Position numbers and translations under genes: made by a program
Notes under the pieces: model-generated
Databases searched by the model: none
What the model saw: the letters and a program-made list of their open reading frames with translations, nothing else
What the model was told of the DNA's origin: nothing
DNA from: Rotaria socialis
Taxonomy: Eukaryota
Length of the DNA stretch: 64,000 nt
Reading direction: 5' to 3'
NCBI GenBank assembly: GCA_905331295.1
Contig: CAJNYD010000596.1
Location: 129,345-193,344, forward strand
In this document: positions 38,191 to 51,017 of the stretch, piece by piece
Numbering within the stretch: position 1 is the stretch's first letter
Layout of the letters: each line of letters begins with the position of its first letter

Positions 38191-40130
38191 TTATTTCTTT
38201 TTAGCTGCAGCCGTTGTTTTCGATTCTTGTTCAACTGGTGCTTCTTTAACAAATGGAATTTTTTCCGAATATTCTATAAAGTAAAATTGAAAACAATAAA
38301 TCATTCGAATATTAAATTAAATCAAATAAGCAAACTTTTTGGCATAAGTGATTTAAGTACTTCGGGTACAACAATGCCATCGTCAGTTTGATAATTTTCA
38401 AGAATGGCACAAATAGTTCGTGTTGTTGCACACATTGTTGCATTTAACATATGAACATATTCGGACTAAAAAAACAAGAAGTATAGAAGCACAAGAAAAG
38501 AAAAATCGAGACTTACAGATTCATTGAGTTTTTTCGTTTGACCATAACGAATTTTCAATCGTCTTGATTGATATTCAAGGCAATTTGAGCAAGAAACAAG
38601 TTCACGAAATTTACCCGAACCAGGAAACCAAGCTTCTAAATCGAATTTTTTTGCTGCTGCATTATTTAATTCGCCTAAGAAAAACAAAAAATAAGCATTT
38701 GTATATTTTCTTTATTCTATTCTTGTTGTCGCTGTCTACTAACCAGAAACAATATTAACAATACGATAAGGAATACCCAATTGTTGATTGAAGTCTTCTG
38801 CATTGCCTATCATTGTTTCGAACATTTTCCATGATTCATTATCATGTGGCGACGTGATACAAAATTGCTCGATCTACATAGATTTCGAAAGAAAATAACG
38901 TCATAAGTATAAAAAGAAATAAAGAAACTTTTTTTTACAAACCTTTTCAAATTGATGAACACGGAAAATACCACGTGTATCACGGCCATGCGAACCAGCT
39001 TCTTGTCGAAAACATGTAGAAATGCCACCATAACGAATTGGCAATCGTTCAGCTGCGAGCCATTCATCACTAAATAAATTACGATAAATTTTCTTCAAAG
39101 AATAAAAGAAAATGCTAACCGATGAAAAGCAGCAATAGCTTGTTCTGATGTTGCAATTAAATATTTTTCTTCATCACTTGGTTCATCAGGCTTATCATTT
39201 TTACAGACAACCTAATTCAAGTATGTCAAAATGTTCCTTTTATTTTGATTAAATAATCACTCAAATATACTTTATAAAGTTCGTCATCAAATTGACTTAA
39301 TTGAGCAACTTCTTGCATGATATCTTTTCGCATAAAAAATGGTGTATAAAGTATTTCGAAATCTTTATCATTTAATAAACGTAAAGCCAATTGAATAATT
39401 GCTTGTTCAAGAAATACAGCAGGACCCTGGAATAATAAAATATAGGAAAAATAAATTTTAGTAATATATCTCAACCTTCATGAAATAGCCACGAGACCCA
39501 GCAACTGCTGCTCCCCGGTCACCATCATACCCATCAATCATATACATTAAATCGAAATGTGAATATTTCTTTCGTGTTTCAACATCTCCGAATGTTCGTT
39601 CTGTTTTATTATTATCCTAAACAATAATATTTATCTATTAAAATTTCATAAAAATAAAATTCATTTAAAAAAAATCATACTTCATTATCGCTAACGGGTA
39701 CAGAACTGTGAACAATGTTTCCTATTTCATGTAAAGCAGCATTTCGATCATTTTCAATTTTAATTAATTTTTCTTTTGTTGTTTCAATTTCTCGATCAAT
39801 TAATAAGCTAACATGTTTCAATTGTTTAACTGATAATGTTGTAAGTACATCAGCATTTAATGTTTCAAGGTTTATTTGAAATTTTTCAGGTAATTGATCT
39901 GTATCGCCTTCGTTTTCTTTGGCTTGTTTTTTTGCACCAACTGTACGTCCACAAAGATTTTTTATTTTATTCCATTGATCAGCTTGAAAACGAACTGTAC
40001 GCCATTGAGTGTCAAATTGAATGACATCATCAACAAGTTCAACTCGTTTATAACGTTTCTTTTGAGAATCACGAATGACTTGTGGATCATGACCTTTCTC
40101 AGATCGAAACAAATCGATATCAAGTACCAT
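38191..40130 (-). CDS. SARS1: Cytoplasmic seryl-tRNA synthetase (multi-exon)
   Basis: [82 protein letters not shown]. Short GT-AG introns. Confidence 0.95.
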
Positions 40131-42206
40131 TCTTGATAGAATATATTTGATCAAGTATCTAATGAAAATAGAAGAAAAAAAATGATCAAGAAAATCATAT
40201 TAACATATTCGATCGAGAATCCTCAAATTATTTAATGGATAACAATAATAATGATATGATTGCTTTTTGTTTTTGTTTCAGTCATTTAGTTTCTAATAAT
40301 CAAATTCAAGCATCCAGATGTCGTTAACCATTGATACTAATATGCAAAAATATAGCTTTTATTGTACCCATTGAAGATAATTCTATGAATGAGTAAAATG
40401 GTTAAGTAACGTAAAGGAATTATGATGTAATTATATATGCGTCAGAAAATGATTTCATATTTTTTTTTATAATATTTATATGAAATGCAATATTAGCACA
40501 TGATTGATATTGAAGTTTTCTTATAATATATACAATGTGAAATTTACTACGAATTCAACTACAAATGGACACCACATAGTATTCTACCCAGTTCTAATCA
40601 AAACTTTTCCCGTTAGGGCATAAGACTGATGTCAAGAATCCTAAACCTTTCTATGATCCTAAATCTCCTTCATTCTCCGTATTTTTCCCCTTTTTTTCCA
40701 TCGTTGCTTTTTCATTTCTCTCTCTGTTTTTCTCCTCCGTTCTTTTTCCTGTGCAGATTTGTTTACTTATGATGATAATTAAATAAATCGTTGTAACCAA
40801 AAAAAAAATATACAATGTGATAAGAAGATAATATTACATCAACTATCAAATGAAGAAAATCTTCGTCAGGACTACAATCTGGAATCAGTACCAATCTGAA
40901 TTCATAATTTACAAAATAGTTACTAGACATTAAAAGATTCGAATGAAAAGTTTACTGGAGTTCAGGCGAACCCTACGGTGTGATCTATTTATTCTCATCA
41001 GAGCATATGAAGATAATGAGCAATGTCATCCGATGTAGTGCATTTATATTAGTTAGATGAGACTAATTAGAATCAGTGTGGTACAAAACAAAAAAACATG
41101 ATCTTTGCCATAGAATTAAAAATTATGATATAACTTCTTTTTTTCCAGAAATAAAACATACTGAATAATAAACAACTGCTCTATTAATACATGCTATTAT
41201 TATGAAAAACGAAGACAGAAAAAGAAAAAAAATATTTTTTTTTCCAGAGAAACCATCAATCACTTCGATGACAGAAAACATTAACTGATATAGCAATTCA
41301 ATACATTCCATAGTAGATAATTCTACTGATATTAAAATAAATCCTCTAGATTCTATTTTTATTCCATTGTTTTGTAAACATACTATTTGTTTATGATTCT
41401 GAATGGACACTAAAGTAACAACCTTGTCAGCACATATATTTTATCTAATGTCGTTAATCAACATAGATAATTTTCTTGGATAAAACATTATTGTATCCTA
41501 GGGAGTTATCTGTGTTGTTCAAAAGAAGAAAAAAGTAATGGATCATGTATGGGATTCATTTGCTACAAAAAAAGTGGCAGAACGAGAACGTCCTTGTCCA
41601 CTCTGTCGGTTAATGTATGCATCTCGATCACTTGATCTTATACCATCATATAATAGAAGTCAATATGCCATAAGAAAGATACACGACTAGATTATAGCAA
41701 CAAATAGCAATTGTATTCATTATCATAGATATTACAATAGTCAATAGAATACGAAAAAAGAGAAAGAGCGCAATAGGATTTATTCGCGCATATAATTGTC
41801 ATATGACCTGTTGTGTACGTCCATCGGCATTTGTATGATAGTTCTACATATGCTTTACAACAGTATGACAATAGTAGATATCGTGAGCAACCATAGAAAA
41901 AATAATAAAACTGAGTTATTTCGGGGGATAGAAAGAAAGAAAGCAAGAAGAATAACAACAACAACAGGAATTATTATGAGGCAAATATAGCTATCAATAT
42001 AGTCCTCCGTACTACTTTACAGAAAGAGAGGGGAAAATATCAGAAAGAGAAGTGTGAAAGGCCATAAAGCCGCACCCGTAGCATAAAAGAAAAATATGCT
42101 GTAGAAAAAGAAAGATCGACATGACATCCTTCTTTGTGCTACGTTTTATCATGTTACGTATCGTTTTCATCATTGATTTCTGCGTTTTAGATACACATAA
42201 AAGACT

Positions 42207-43123
42207 ATGTCGGGTGGCCCAACAACAAATCGTCCGTTGACGAAAACTTATTGTGAATCATGTCGAAAACTTTTTACACCACGAGATCCAATGCAAATCT
42301 ATCAAGATAGATATTATCATCCACAATGTTTTTGTTGTTCGCAATGCGGCAATTCACTAGCTGGAAAACCATTCTATCCAAAACCAAATAATCAATTTCA
42401 ATGTGAATCGTGTAATAATGCACTTGCTCCTATGTATAGATGAAAATTTTAAATTTAAATTAGAAAAAAACTTTTTTTCTACAATAAAATTTTTGGCTCG
42501 TTCTAGTTGCATTATGTGTAATCAAAAGATTCCATCGGGTACAACAGCTAAACGATATAAAGATCGTCATTTTCATGGTGATTGTTTCCGGTAGAGATTT
42601 TGATTTGAATGATTGGCGACTTTTATTAGTGCTTTTTTTTATAGATGTTGCAAATGTATTGCAGTTATTCCTGATGGTACAACATTTTTCTAGTATTCTT
42701 TTGTTTTCTTATTTCTATTAAAATAAATCTAGGTCACAATTTCGTCGATATGTTAGATGGACGATTTCAATGTTTAACATGTTCGAAGCATGTCACTGGC
42801 ATGTATCAAGGCAAAGAACATGCGCCTTGTTTAGAAAATACCTATGGCGAAATAACTATGGTACAATGCGATCAAGCAGGTCGTATACCCATATGTGACA
42901 AATGTACACGACCTGTACCAAGTGAAGAAGAAGCGTTTAAACATGATACACGTTATTATCATCTTGATTGTGCTCATTGTAATCGATGCCGTAAGAAACT
43001 TTTAAGAATACCATGTAGAAAACTTGGCTCTGCTTTGGGTAAGTTGAAAGTAAAATAGTAGAAAACAAACTTCGTTTCTTGTTTTTCTTTTGGTATCTTT
43101 TAGTATGTCATACATGCTCATAA
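42207..43123 (+). CDS. LIM-only protein with three LIM domains; 5 coding exons (42207-42433, 42507-42590, 42645-42676, 42733-43038, 43104-43123)
   Basis: Three CxxC..HxxC-xxCxxC..CxxC units once spliced; ends VCHTCS*. Confidence 0.85.
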
Positions 43124-43267
43124 TTCAACGTATTTTCTTCTTAATGAAAAAATAAGGTACCTATCTAATTGATAACCTACCTAGATCTTTAACCCTTTCC
43201 AAATAATGTATTATTTGCGTCTTTTTTTTATTCAAAAATAAACCGAAGAAAATATTCTTTTTTAAAC

Positions 43268-45790
43268 TCAATTAACTGTAACTGTATTCGATCGATGTAA
43301 CGTAACCGATGTTGGTGCAGTATTGTTATGATGAGGCAATAGTAGAGGTTTATTATTTATTTCATCGTTGGCACGACGGATACGTCTTTTAACAGTGTGT
43401 TTTATCATTTCTTTACTAATTTCAACTTGTCGTAGCCATGATTTTCCTTTAAAACAACCAGCTTCTTGTAAACAATGGATAGCTGTTGATCGTGTTTTTG
43501 CACTAGCGTAACGTTCATAGGATTCAACAGTAGCTTGACGAAGTTCACAATCACGACGAGATTTAAATACATTTGAACGTTGTACTATTGGACGATCAGG
43601 TAATGGAATATATGTACCAATATCAATGACTTCTCGATCACTCGAAACTGAAGTTGACATTGGTTTTTTTGTTTCTTTCGATTGATGATGTTGTGTTTGT
43701 TCGATTTGTGCAAATAATTCTTGTCGTTTTGCTATTTCCCGTTGTTCTTTTTCTAATGCAATACGTGATGATGAAAATGTGTAAGCATCCGCAGATGACA
43801 TCATAACTTGAGAATCTTTTATATTGGCAGTCGCTACTGCTTCTAATTTATTTGTTAGTGATGAATGAGATACTCGTGTACTAACCGTTGGTGACATAAT
43901 GACAGGTATAGCGTACTGATCTTCACCGTCGAGATTCGACGATTGTGATGATAACGTAGTAGATGCTTCATCCGACGGATTTCTTACACGTTGAATTTGA
44001 TCACTCAATATACGGTTATCTAAATCAACGAAAATCATGCATAGATCGACAGTTACGATTTTTTACCTTCTAATGGCTTTGTAAATGCATTTGGTGCTGA
44101 TAGATTTTTATTTCCTCGTAATAGTTGAGATGCTTTTAAATCTATATTCTTTGATTGTTTTTGATTATTTGAAAGTTCGAATGACGATGAAATCGTTTTT
44201 GAAGATTTTGGTACGCTTCTATTTTTGCTCAATGTCGTCTGTGATGATGATAATAATAATGGAGGACGACGCGATTGTTGGAGATTTTCAGCAGCTTTTT
44301 GTTTTGCACGTTTTCTATCATCTAATGCAAAATGTTTAATGAACATTTTCATTTTATTTATTTTCTCCTGTTCATCATCGTCCAAAGTATTGTAATGATT
44401 GTCTCGGTCGGATTTTGTAGTACCACCTGATCGTACATTTCGAAGTTGTTCTATTGGTACATCGAATGCATTATTAAAGCCATCAATTAAAACTTTATAG
44501 CCAAGTAAACCTTGTGTGGGATATATACGTTTTGCTTGTGATGGATTATATAATAAACGTCCACCATATTTTTTCCAAACTTTTTCACGAGCACGTTCAT
44601 ACCATCTACAAAAAGAAATTTCAATATAAATATGATAACAGACAATCGATATTCTCATTTACCGGATAATCTTACAATAGAATGGTAATGAAACATAGAC
44701 GTAATTTGATAATCGACGATGAACTGCATTGGCACTAATAGTTGAAGTAAGTAGATCTGAAACATATTCGCCGTTGGCATTTAGTGGTATTCGAAGATTA
44801 AACTCTTTATCGTGTAAATAAAAATAGATAACTCGGTAAGCTTGTTGTTCTTCTCTATTTTTTGTTTTTAATGAACACGATAATGCTAACTGATAAGGTA
44901 AATGATTTGATATTGGATCTCGAACTTGTGTACATATAATAGATTGTCTGACGAACAGATCAACAATTTTAACATGTCCTCGTTCAACAGCTATATGTAT
45001 AGGACATTTAAGTAGTTCAGGTAAAACTTGACTTGATACTTTCGATGACCATTGACGAGATGGATGTTCACCGACGGGTTGATCACTTCGAGCACCTTGT
45101 TGCATAGAGAAACTAGCTAATTCCATATGACCTTAAATAAAAAGTTGATGTTGAAAAGCAATTTATTTTTGATTTTAAGATTCTACCATAAAAAGCTGCA
45201 ATATATAATGCGACTTGTGTTTGATAATGTCTTGTAAGATCATCATTTGCATATTGTTCCGTAAAACCTTTAATGCAAGCATTAAGAAGTTTTTCATATC
45301 CTCGCCAGACTTTTAAATAAATATGATCGTGCATTTTAATATCATAACTGTCTAATTTCATTTCATCATATAAACGTTGTTTATTATGATACGTTTCAAG
45401 GCAATATACGCTTAATGGTAAACCTAATTTATCGGAAATTTTCTTTCGTACTGTACTAATGTTTGTATCTGTTGTGATTGATGAATCAAATAATTTAAAT
45501 ATTTGTTTATTATAACTGCAAAAAACATAAAGATCAGCTGCTTTTTCTTCGCGATATAAACAACGTATAATGGATCCCGATGGTATACTCAAATCTACTA
45601 ATGACCAGTTAGGTTTAAGATCAGAACCATTATAATTAAGAACAATCGATGTTTCAGCTGTACCAATATTTTGAGTATTAAGCTTAAATTCTTGTTTTAC
45701 CAATGTAAGAACATCTTCCACAAGAACATTTTCACTAACATCAATTAATCGTATAGATCGCTTTGGTGGATAGTAAATAAAATAGCGCAT
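43268..45790 (-). CDS. ANKUB1: Ankyrin repeat and ubiquitin domain-containing protein, ANKUB1-like (4 coding exons)
   Basis: Two ubiquitin-like folds at the N-terminus, then ankyrin-like VALYIAAFYGHMELA, PVGEHPSRQW and KCPIHIAVERGH. C-terminal AIHCLQEAGCFKGKSWLRQV. Three short GT-AG introns link the four ORFs. Confidence 0.75.
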
Positions 45791-47571
45791 ACTTCTATCA
45801 GTATTTGATAGCTCCTACGTGTATAGAAAATCATGTAAATTTAAACAAAAAAAGAAAATTCAAAATAATGTTTACATAATGATGAACTTTGATATTGCCT
45901 ATGCATTCACTGTTTTTTTTCGAAAAATATTTTTGTCAAAATAAATAAGTTACTTTTTCTAAAATTCTATTGATAATTTTCTACCCACTGAGATATTAAT
46001 CGAAAAATAAAATTTCTATACAGTACATATATATTTTTTCTAATCTTACACGTTGATTGAAGAAATCACTGAAGAACGATTTCTAAAAGCAGCTTATTAC
46101 AGATGTTGATCAACGATAGTCTAACATTGTCGTTGTAGCTACTGATTTCAATAATTGAAGTATGTGTTGATGAGCGAAGAAACAAATAAAAGGAGAGAGA
46201 AAAAAACCCAAAGAGATGTCAACAATAAAAATCGTCGCAAATGTATTCATGATATAATTTATTCGAGCTGCAACTATATACCAGCAAGCGAAGCCTTTTA
46301 GTGTTAATAGAAAAATGAAAAGAAACGACGAATGACTGATGAAAAAATTTGGTCGAAAAGAACCAAAGAACTTGTTAATTGATTTGAAAGACAGTTGCCG
46401 TTTTCTTTTCTATGGCGATTGTTGGATAATAATGAGAAAATGAAATTTAAGAAATACGTCTACAGACACAAGAAGTAACCATGATCACTATTGTCAGTAG
46501 AATATAATGAGGAAAGAAAAACAACAAGGATAAAATTATTTTAACTATACTTTATAGGAGTTCTATAGAGGCGTCTACTTCAATGTTTGATTTGTAGTAC
46601 ATCGATAATAAAAAATTTTCTTATTACTAATCTTATCGATGATAATTAAACAAATCAAATTTTTCATTTTCTTTTTTCAATAGTGATACTTTATTTGCAT
46701 GGACTAGTACGTAGTAAAAAAGAAGCAAAATCACAAATGAAATTCGTCAACAATATGTTTTTATGGGTAACTTTACTCATCACTCACTTATTTTTCAATT
46801 ATAAGTAAACTATAGAAACATGTATTAACTTAGATATTAAATTTTTCAACACTTCGACACAATTGATTTACTAATTAATCTGCTTATACTTGGAAGAAAA
46901 TTGATTCATTTTCATAGACTTTCAGTAAAAATATTGTTGTTAAAAGTAAATCATTTTAATACTTACCGTGTCGGAACCATGGTGGACTATTCTCAACATT
47001 ACGATTTTAAATGAAAAGAATTGTACGAATATAATCGATTTTTATTTGACACCCCTTGTTTTTTGCATATAATGTTATTATTTTTCAAATCTTTGAAAGA
47101 GAGACACTAGTTCTTCACTCGCGCTTGCTCTCTCCTTCTATTATGGACGCAATTCAATATGTTAACAAATATAGTTCATGAAAAATAAACATTTTTTCAT
47201 CGGTAATTTCATATAAATTTAAATCTCTATTTACTTCGAAGAATCCATAAAAAGCAGAAGAAATGAGTTTTCTAGTGTATTTTCATACAGGCAATTATTG
47301 CCACCATCAAGAATATGAGTTTATATGCGCCGATTTACTCTAATATTGACTTCCAAATCAATTGAAATGATGGATAGAAAAACTAAAAGTTTTGTTTATA
47401 CACAAAAGCATTAGTTTGTCATACATAAGAAAAATTATTTTCTATTTACACGCTTGCAAATAGCATTTGCCTGGAAAATTCGCTGAGCCGATGATTTCTT
47501 ATTCGTAAAAAGTCGACTGTTCAACTTTATGATATAACGTCATCTAGTTTATTTAATTGAACAGTAACAAC

Positions 47572-48825
47572 TAGTGTTTCCAATAGCAGATGTACACAGC
47601 AAAAGTAAAATGTACAGAACATCTGCTAGTTCTTATGTACACTCTGATTTACACTTTGCTCAGAAAAGCGAAGTGTACAGTGTACATCTTGCTAAAAGAA
47701 TTTACACTTTGATTCTAACGGGTGTCCCATAAAGAATAACCTTCACAATGTTTCCTCGATAACATTTTCATTTTTTCTATTAAGCTATTAACGATAAAAA
47801 CGGATAGAATAACATAAGCATTTTGTAACCCTCAAAAAGCTCTATCGAACGATTCTAATTTGAAAATGGATATGCTCATTCTTGTGACGTTCACCAATAA
47901 TATCTTTTTCAGATTAGTGAGAATTTAGCTGTTTCAAACTGCAGTTTCGGAGCTTTTGAAAAAAGAGGCGTGAATAAGCCAAAATAGTATCTTTTGGGTT
48001 CAGATTTTCCTTATTTCGATAAAAAGTGACTATTATATCAGATACAGAGACGAAAGTCAATCTAAACGTACTTCTTCTCTTCCTTTGGCAAAAAATAGTG
48101 AGTTTTGGACATTTTGAATCCTACTATAAAAAGTCAGATTTCTTATTCTAGAATTGGAAACCAACGTTGTGCTGCAGGAGAAAAGAGCAAACTTGAAAGT
48201 ACTCAAAAGCCTCTTAACTTTGGTTTTTTTGATTTTAGTATTGTACAAAAATCTTCTGAAGTTTATTTTCAAAATAGCTTTGAAAGTTAGTTATTTTCTA
48301 TTTGTTCAGCATTATTGTTTTACTTTTCTGGTCAACCTTCTTCAGAAAAAATTTTGATACAAGTCTTGTGTAGAATTGGATGGTGGATCTTTAGGACATA
48401 AACTGAAACCGGAAAGCTGAAAAATAAAGAAGTTGGTGAGAAAATACTGAGAGGGTCATTCTTTATGGGACACACGTTAGAATGCGCAAAACTCTCTACA
48501 TCCTTTTTGCATCATGATCAAGATGAAGACGAAAATAGTTCATGTTTTTAGAATATACTATTAGAAAAAAATATATATTAACTTTTTGTTTTTGTGAAAA
48601 CCTTTTTTTTGTAATTTTGCCACGGAACGTGTCAGATTATGAGATAGTCATCTATATATCATTTATTCATTTATCAAAGATTAGTTAATATTTTTTGTGG
48701 AAAAAACAACATTATTTTGTGCTTTTTAGATTTTTAAAATTTGCTTTTGGTACACTTTGTACACTCTGGCGCGAAAAGCAAAGTGTACATGTACATTTTG
48801 TTCTAGATTTCCATTGGAAACACTG
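47572..48825. mobile_element. hAT-like non-autonomous element
   Basis: TAGTGTTTCCAAT / ATTGGAAACACTG TIRs and TGTACA subterminal repeats. TSD GTAACAAC on the left (47564-47571); the right copy is split by a solo LTR. Confidence 0.8.
47712..48483. mobile_element. Tc1/mariner-like non-autonomous element nested in 47572-48825
   Basis: ATTCTAACGGGTGTCCCATAAAGAATAACC / GGTCATTCTTTATGGGACACACGTTAGAAT inverted termini. Exact ends and TSD are ambiguous. Confidence 0.7.
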
Positions 48826-48830
48826 GTAAC

Positions 48831-49114
48831 TGTAACGATCAACTAGATTAGAATAGCTTGTGCCACTCTCGGCAAAGATGTTTATTAGGGTACTTCAAGT
48901 TATCCAAAGTGTAATGACAAAACTGGAGACTGTCGCCTATGCCCGTCAGCATGATGGTGTATTGTGTCATCTGACATCTCCAGAGTGTCACAACTTCATG
49001 TGTAACACACGTATATATAGGAGAGAGATAGAAGAGAGACAGGGGAGAGAGATATTAGAACAATGGAAAGAGAACGAAGGAGAATCATCGAAGCGTGCCA
49101 TCAATATCGGCACA
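48831..49114 (-). mobile_element. Solo LTR related to the LTRs at 30147 and 34328
   Basis: TGTAACGAT...ATATCGGCACA. Shared blocks GCCACTCTCGGCAA, TCCAGAGTGT, AACACACGTATATATAGGAGAGA. 5-bp TSD GTAAC (48826-48830, 49115-49119). Confidence 0.88.
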
Positions 49115-49922
49115 GTAACAACAATAAATAACATCAATCATCTGTAATATTTATACGGTGTTTTCAAATTTTATTGAAGAGGTAAAAGTATGACAGGATA
49201 ACTACCGAAATCGATGTAACTTCTTATTCTTTTGGGCCGAATCAAGCAGAAATATATTGCGAGACATTCTGGTTCGGAATGTTGTTTTCAATTTAATTAC
49301 ATAGATAACGAAAAATGTTTTTTTTTCATCGTCCAAATTTATTCTTGTGAGCTAATTTATTTCAGATTTTCGGAAGCGACGGCCTTGATTAAACTAAAAG
49401 CCAAACAATAAATAACATGGTTTAAAGTGATGTAAAGACGATACTAATAAGTTCAGAATATGATTTTTCACCTCGGACTTTCCCCCTTCCCCTACCCTTC
49501 AACAAAATGAACATTCTTAGGCGCACTTTATTTACTTTTTCCAGATCATTCACTTTGCTCATAAAAAAATCCAATCAAACATAAAACTACAAAAAAGCTC
49601 TTTAGGAAAAACAAAAACCACCAAGAAGTAAACTTTTTCTGAAGCAACAAAAATCACAGATTAATTTAAATGAGAAAAAATGTAATTTCTGATGTGTCAT
49701 ATGATAATCGAGATATTTGTTTATAGTTTTAATAAATTGATTATGCAACATGAGTTGATTTTTATTTCATATAAAATGATTCTACTAAACAAAATAATTT
49801 CTTTTTAAATTCTAAATGGTTTTTTGTTCTCTTTCTTTATCGATATTTCGTCCTTATTGATATGGACATTTACGAGATAGATGATGTTTCAACGATAGTT
49901 GTTGTTTTCATTGGTACAGATG

Positions 49923-51017
49923 TTAAATTGTTGTTGATATTTGTTGATGCTGAGTTCTATTTTGGAAAATATATCTTTCGATTAAACTATTCGTTGGTTG
50001 ATTTTGTAATGAATGAACACGACTTTCAAATTTTGGATAATTCATAACCGGGTAGGAAAATGACCTAAACTAAAGAAATTTTTATCATATGCTGTTCTCA
50101 AAACTTTCAATTCATCTCATAAATACAGATGAAATTAGTTGAAAATAGAGAATTCGCCGTTCTAGCTCTTTTTTTCTTTTCAGCATGAACTCTATGAGTA
50201 ACATCACAACTGTAGAATATACTATAAGCGCTCTAGAAGATTATTCTCAATGCAGAAACTGTTGAAGATACATTGTATGGAACTACGGAAATTCTTCGAG
50301 TTGTTTTCCCTTTTACGGCAGATTTTGCATGTCTGAATAACAATTGTATAACTAATGAGTTTAAAACGACAGGGAAAGACATCCATTTCACTTATGTGAC
50401 ATATAAAAAATACTACTTATTGTAAATGTTTTTTAAGACACAAATTTTCCAGGGGAAGATTACTACGATTGACTTATTACATATATAATGAGATGCGTGA
50501 TTACGTTCAACAACTGTTGTAGCATTGGATCCAAAACTTGCTTCATCATCAGGTTCAACAGCTTTGGTAATATCAGTTGTATTTGGATTAAATTTCGTTT
50601 TCCGTAATTGATTTTCCAATTGACTTTTGAACTGTTCAGTTGTGTTTACTTCTTTTACTACTGACACAGTTGTTTCTAAAAAAAGAAAGACAATGAACCA
50701 TCAATAGATTTAATCAAAATACCGCCATTTAAAATAAATTGAAAGAAATACTCGTGCAGTTATATGGTTCGATGTATATATTTGATACTCACAAATACAT
50801 TGGCATATTAAAAATGTACTTTGAAGCTAAAATCTTTGTTTTTTTAATCAAGCTATTTTAATTATTATTATTATTATTATAGCATTTTGTTCTAGAATAA
50901 TAAAAAGATGAAAGAGCAGCAAACTTATCAAGAAATTCTTCTGTATTTAGAATATTTGTGTTGGATTGTTGGCAAATAATTGATGATGACGATCTAGAAC
51001 TTGAAGAACTCACCGGC
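49923..51017 (-). CDS. Probable small multi-exon gene or gene remnant of unknown function (Ser/Thr/Asn/Gln-rich)
   Basis: Open segments preceded by pyrimidine-AG acceptors near 51017, 50676 and 50064 (PVSSSSSRSSS..., TTVSVVKEVNTTEQFK..., SFSYPVMNYPKFES...). Structure is not resolved and no family was recognised. Confidence 0.3.
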
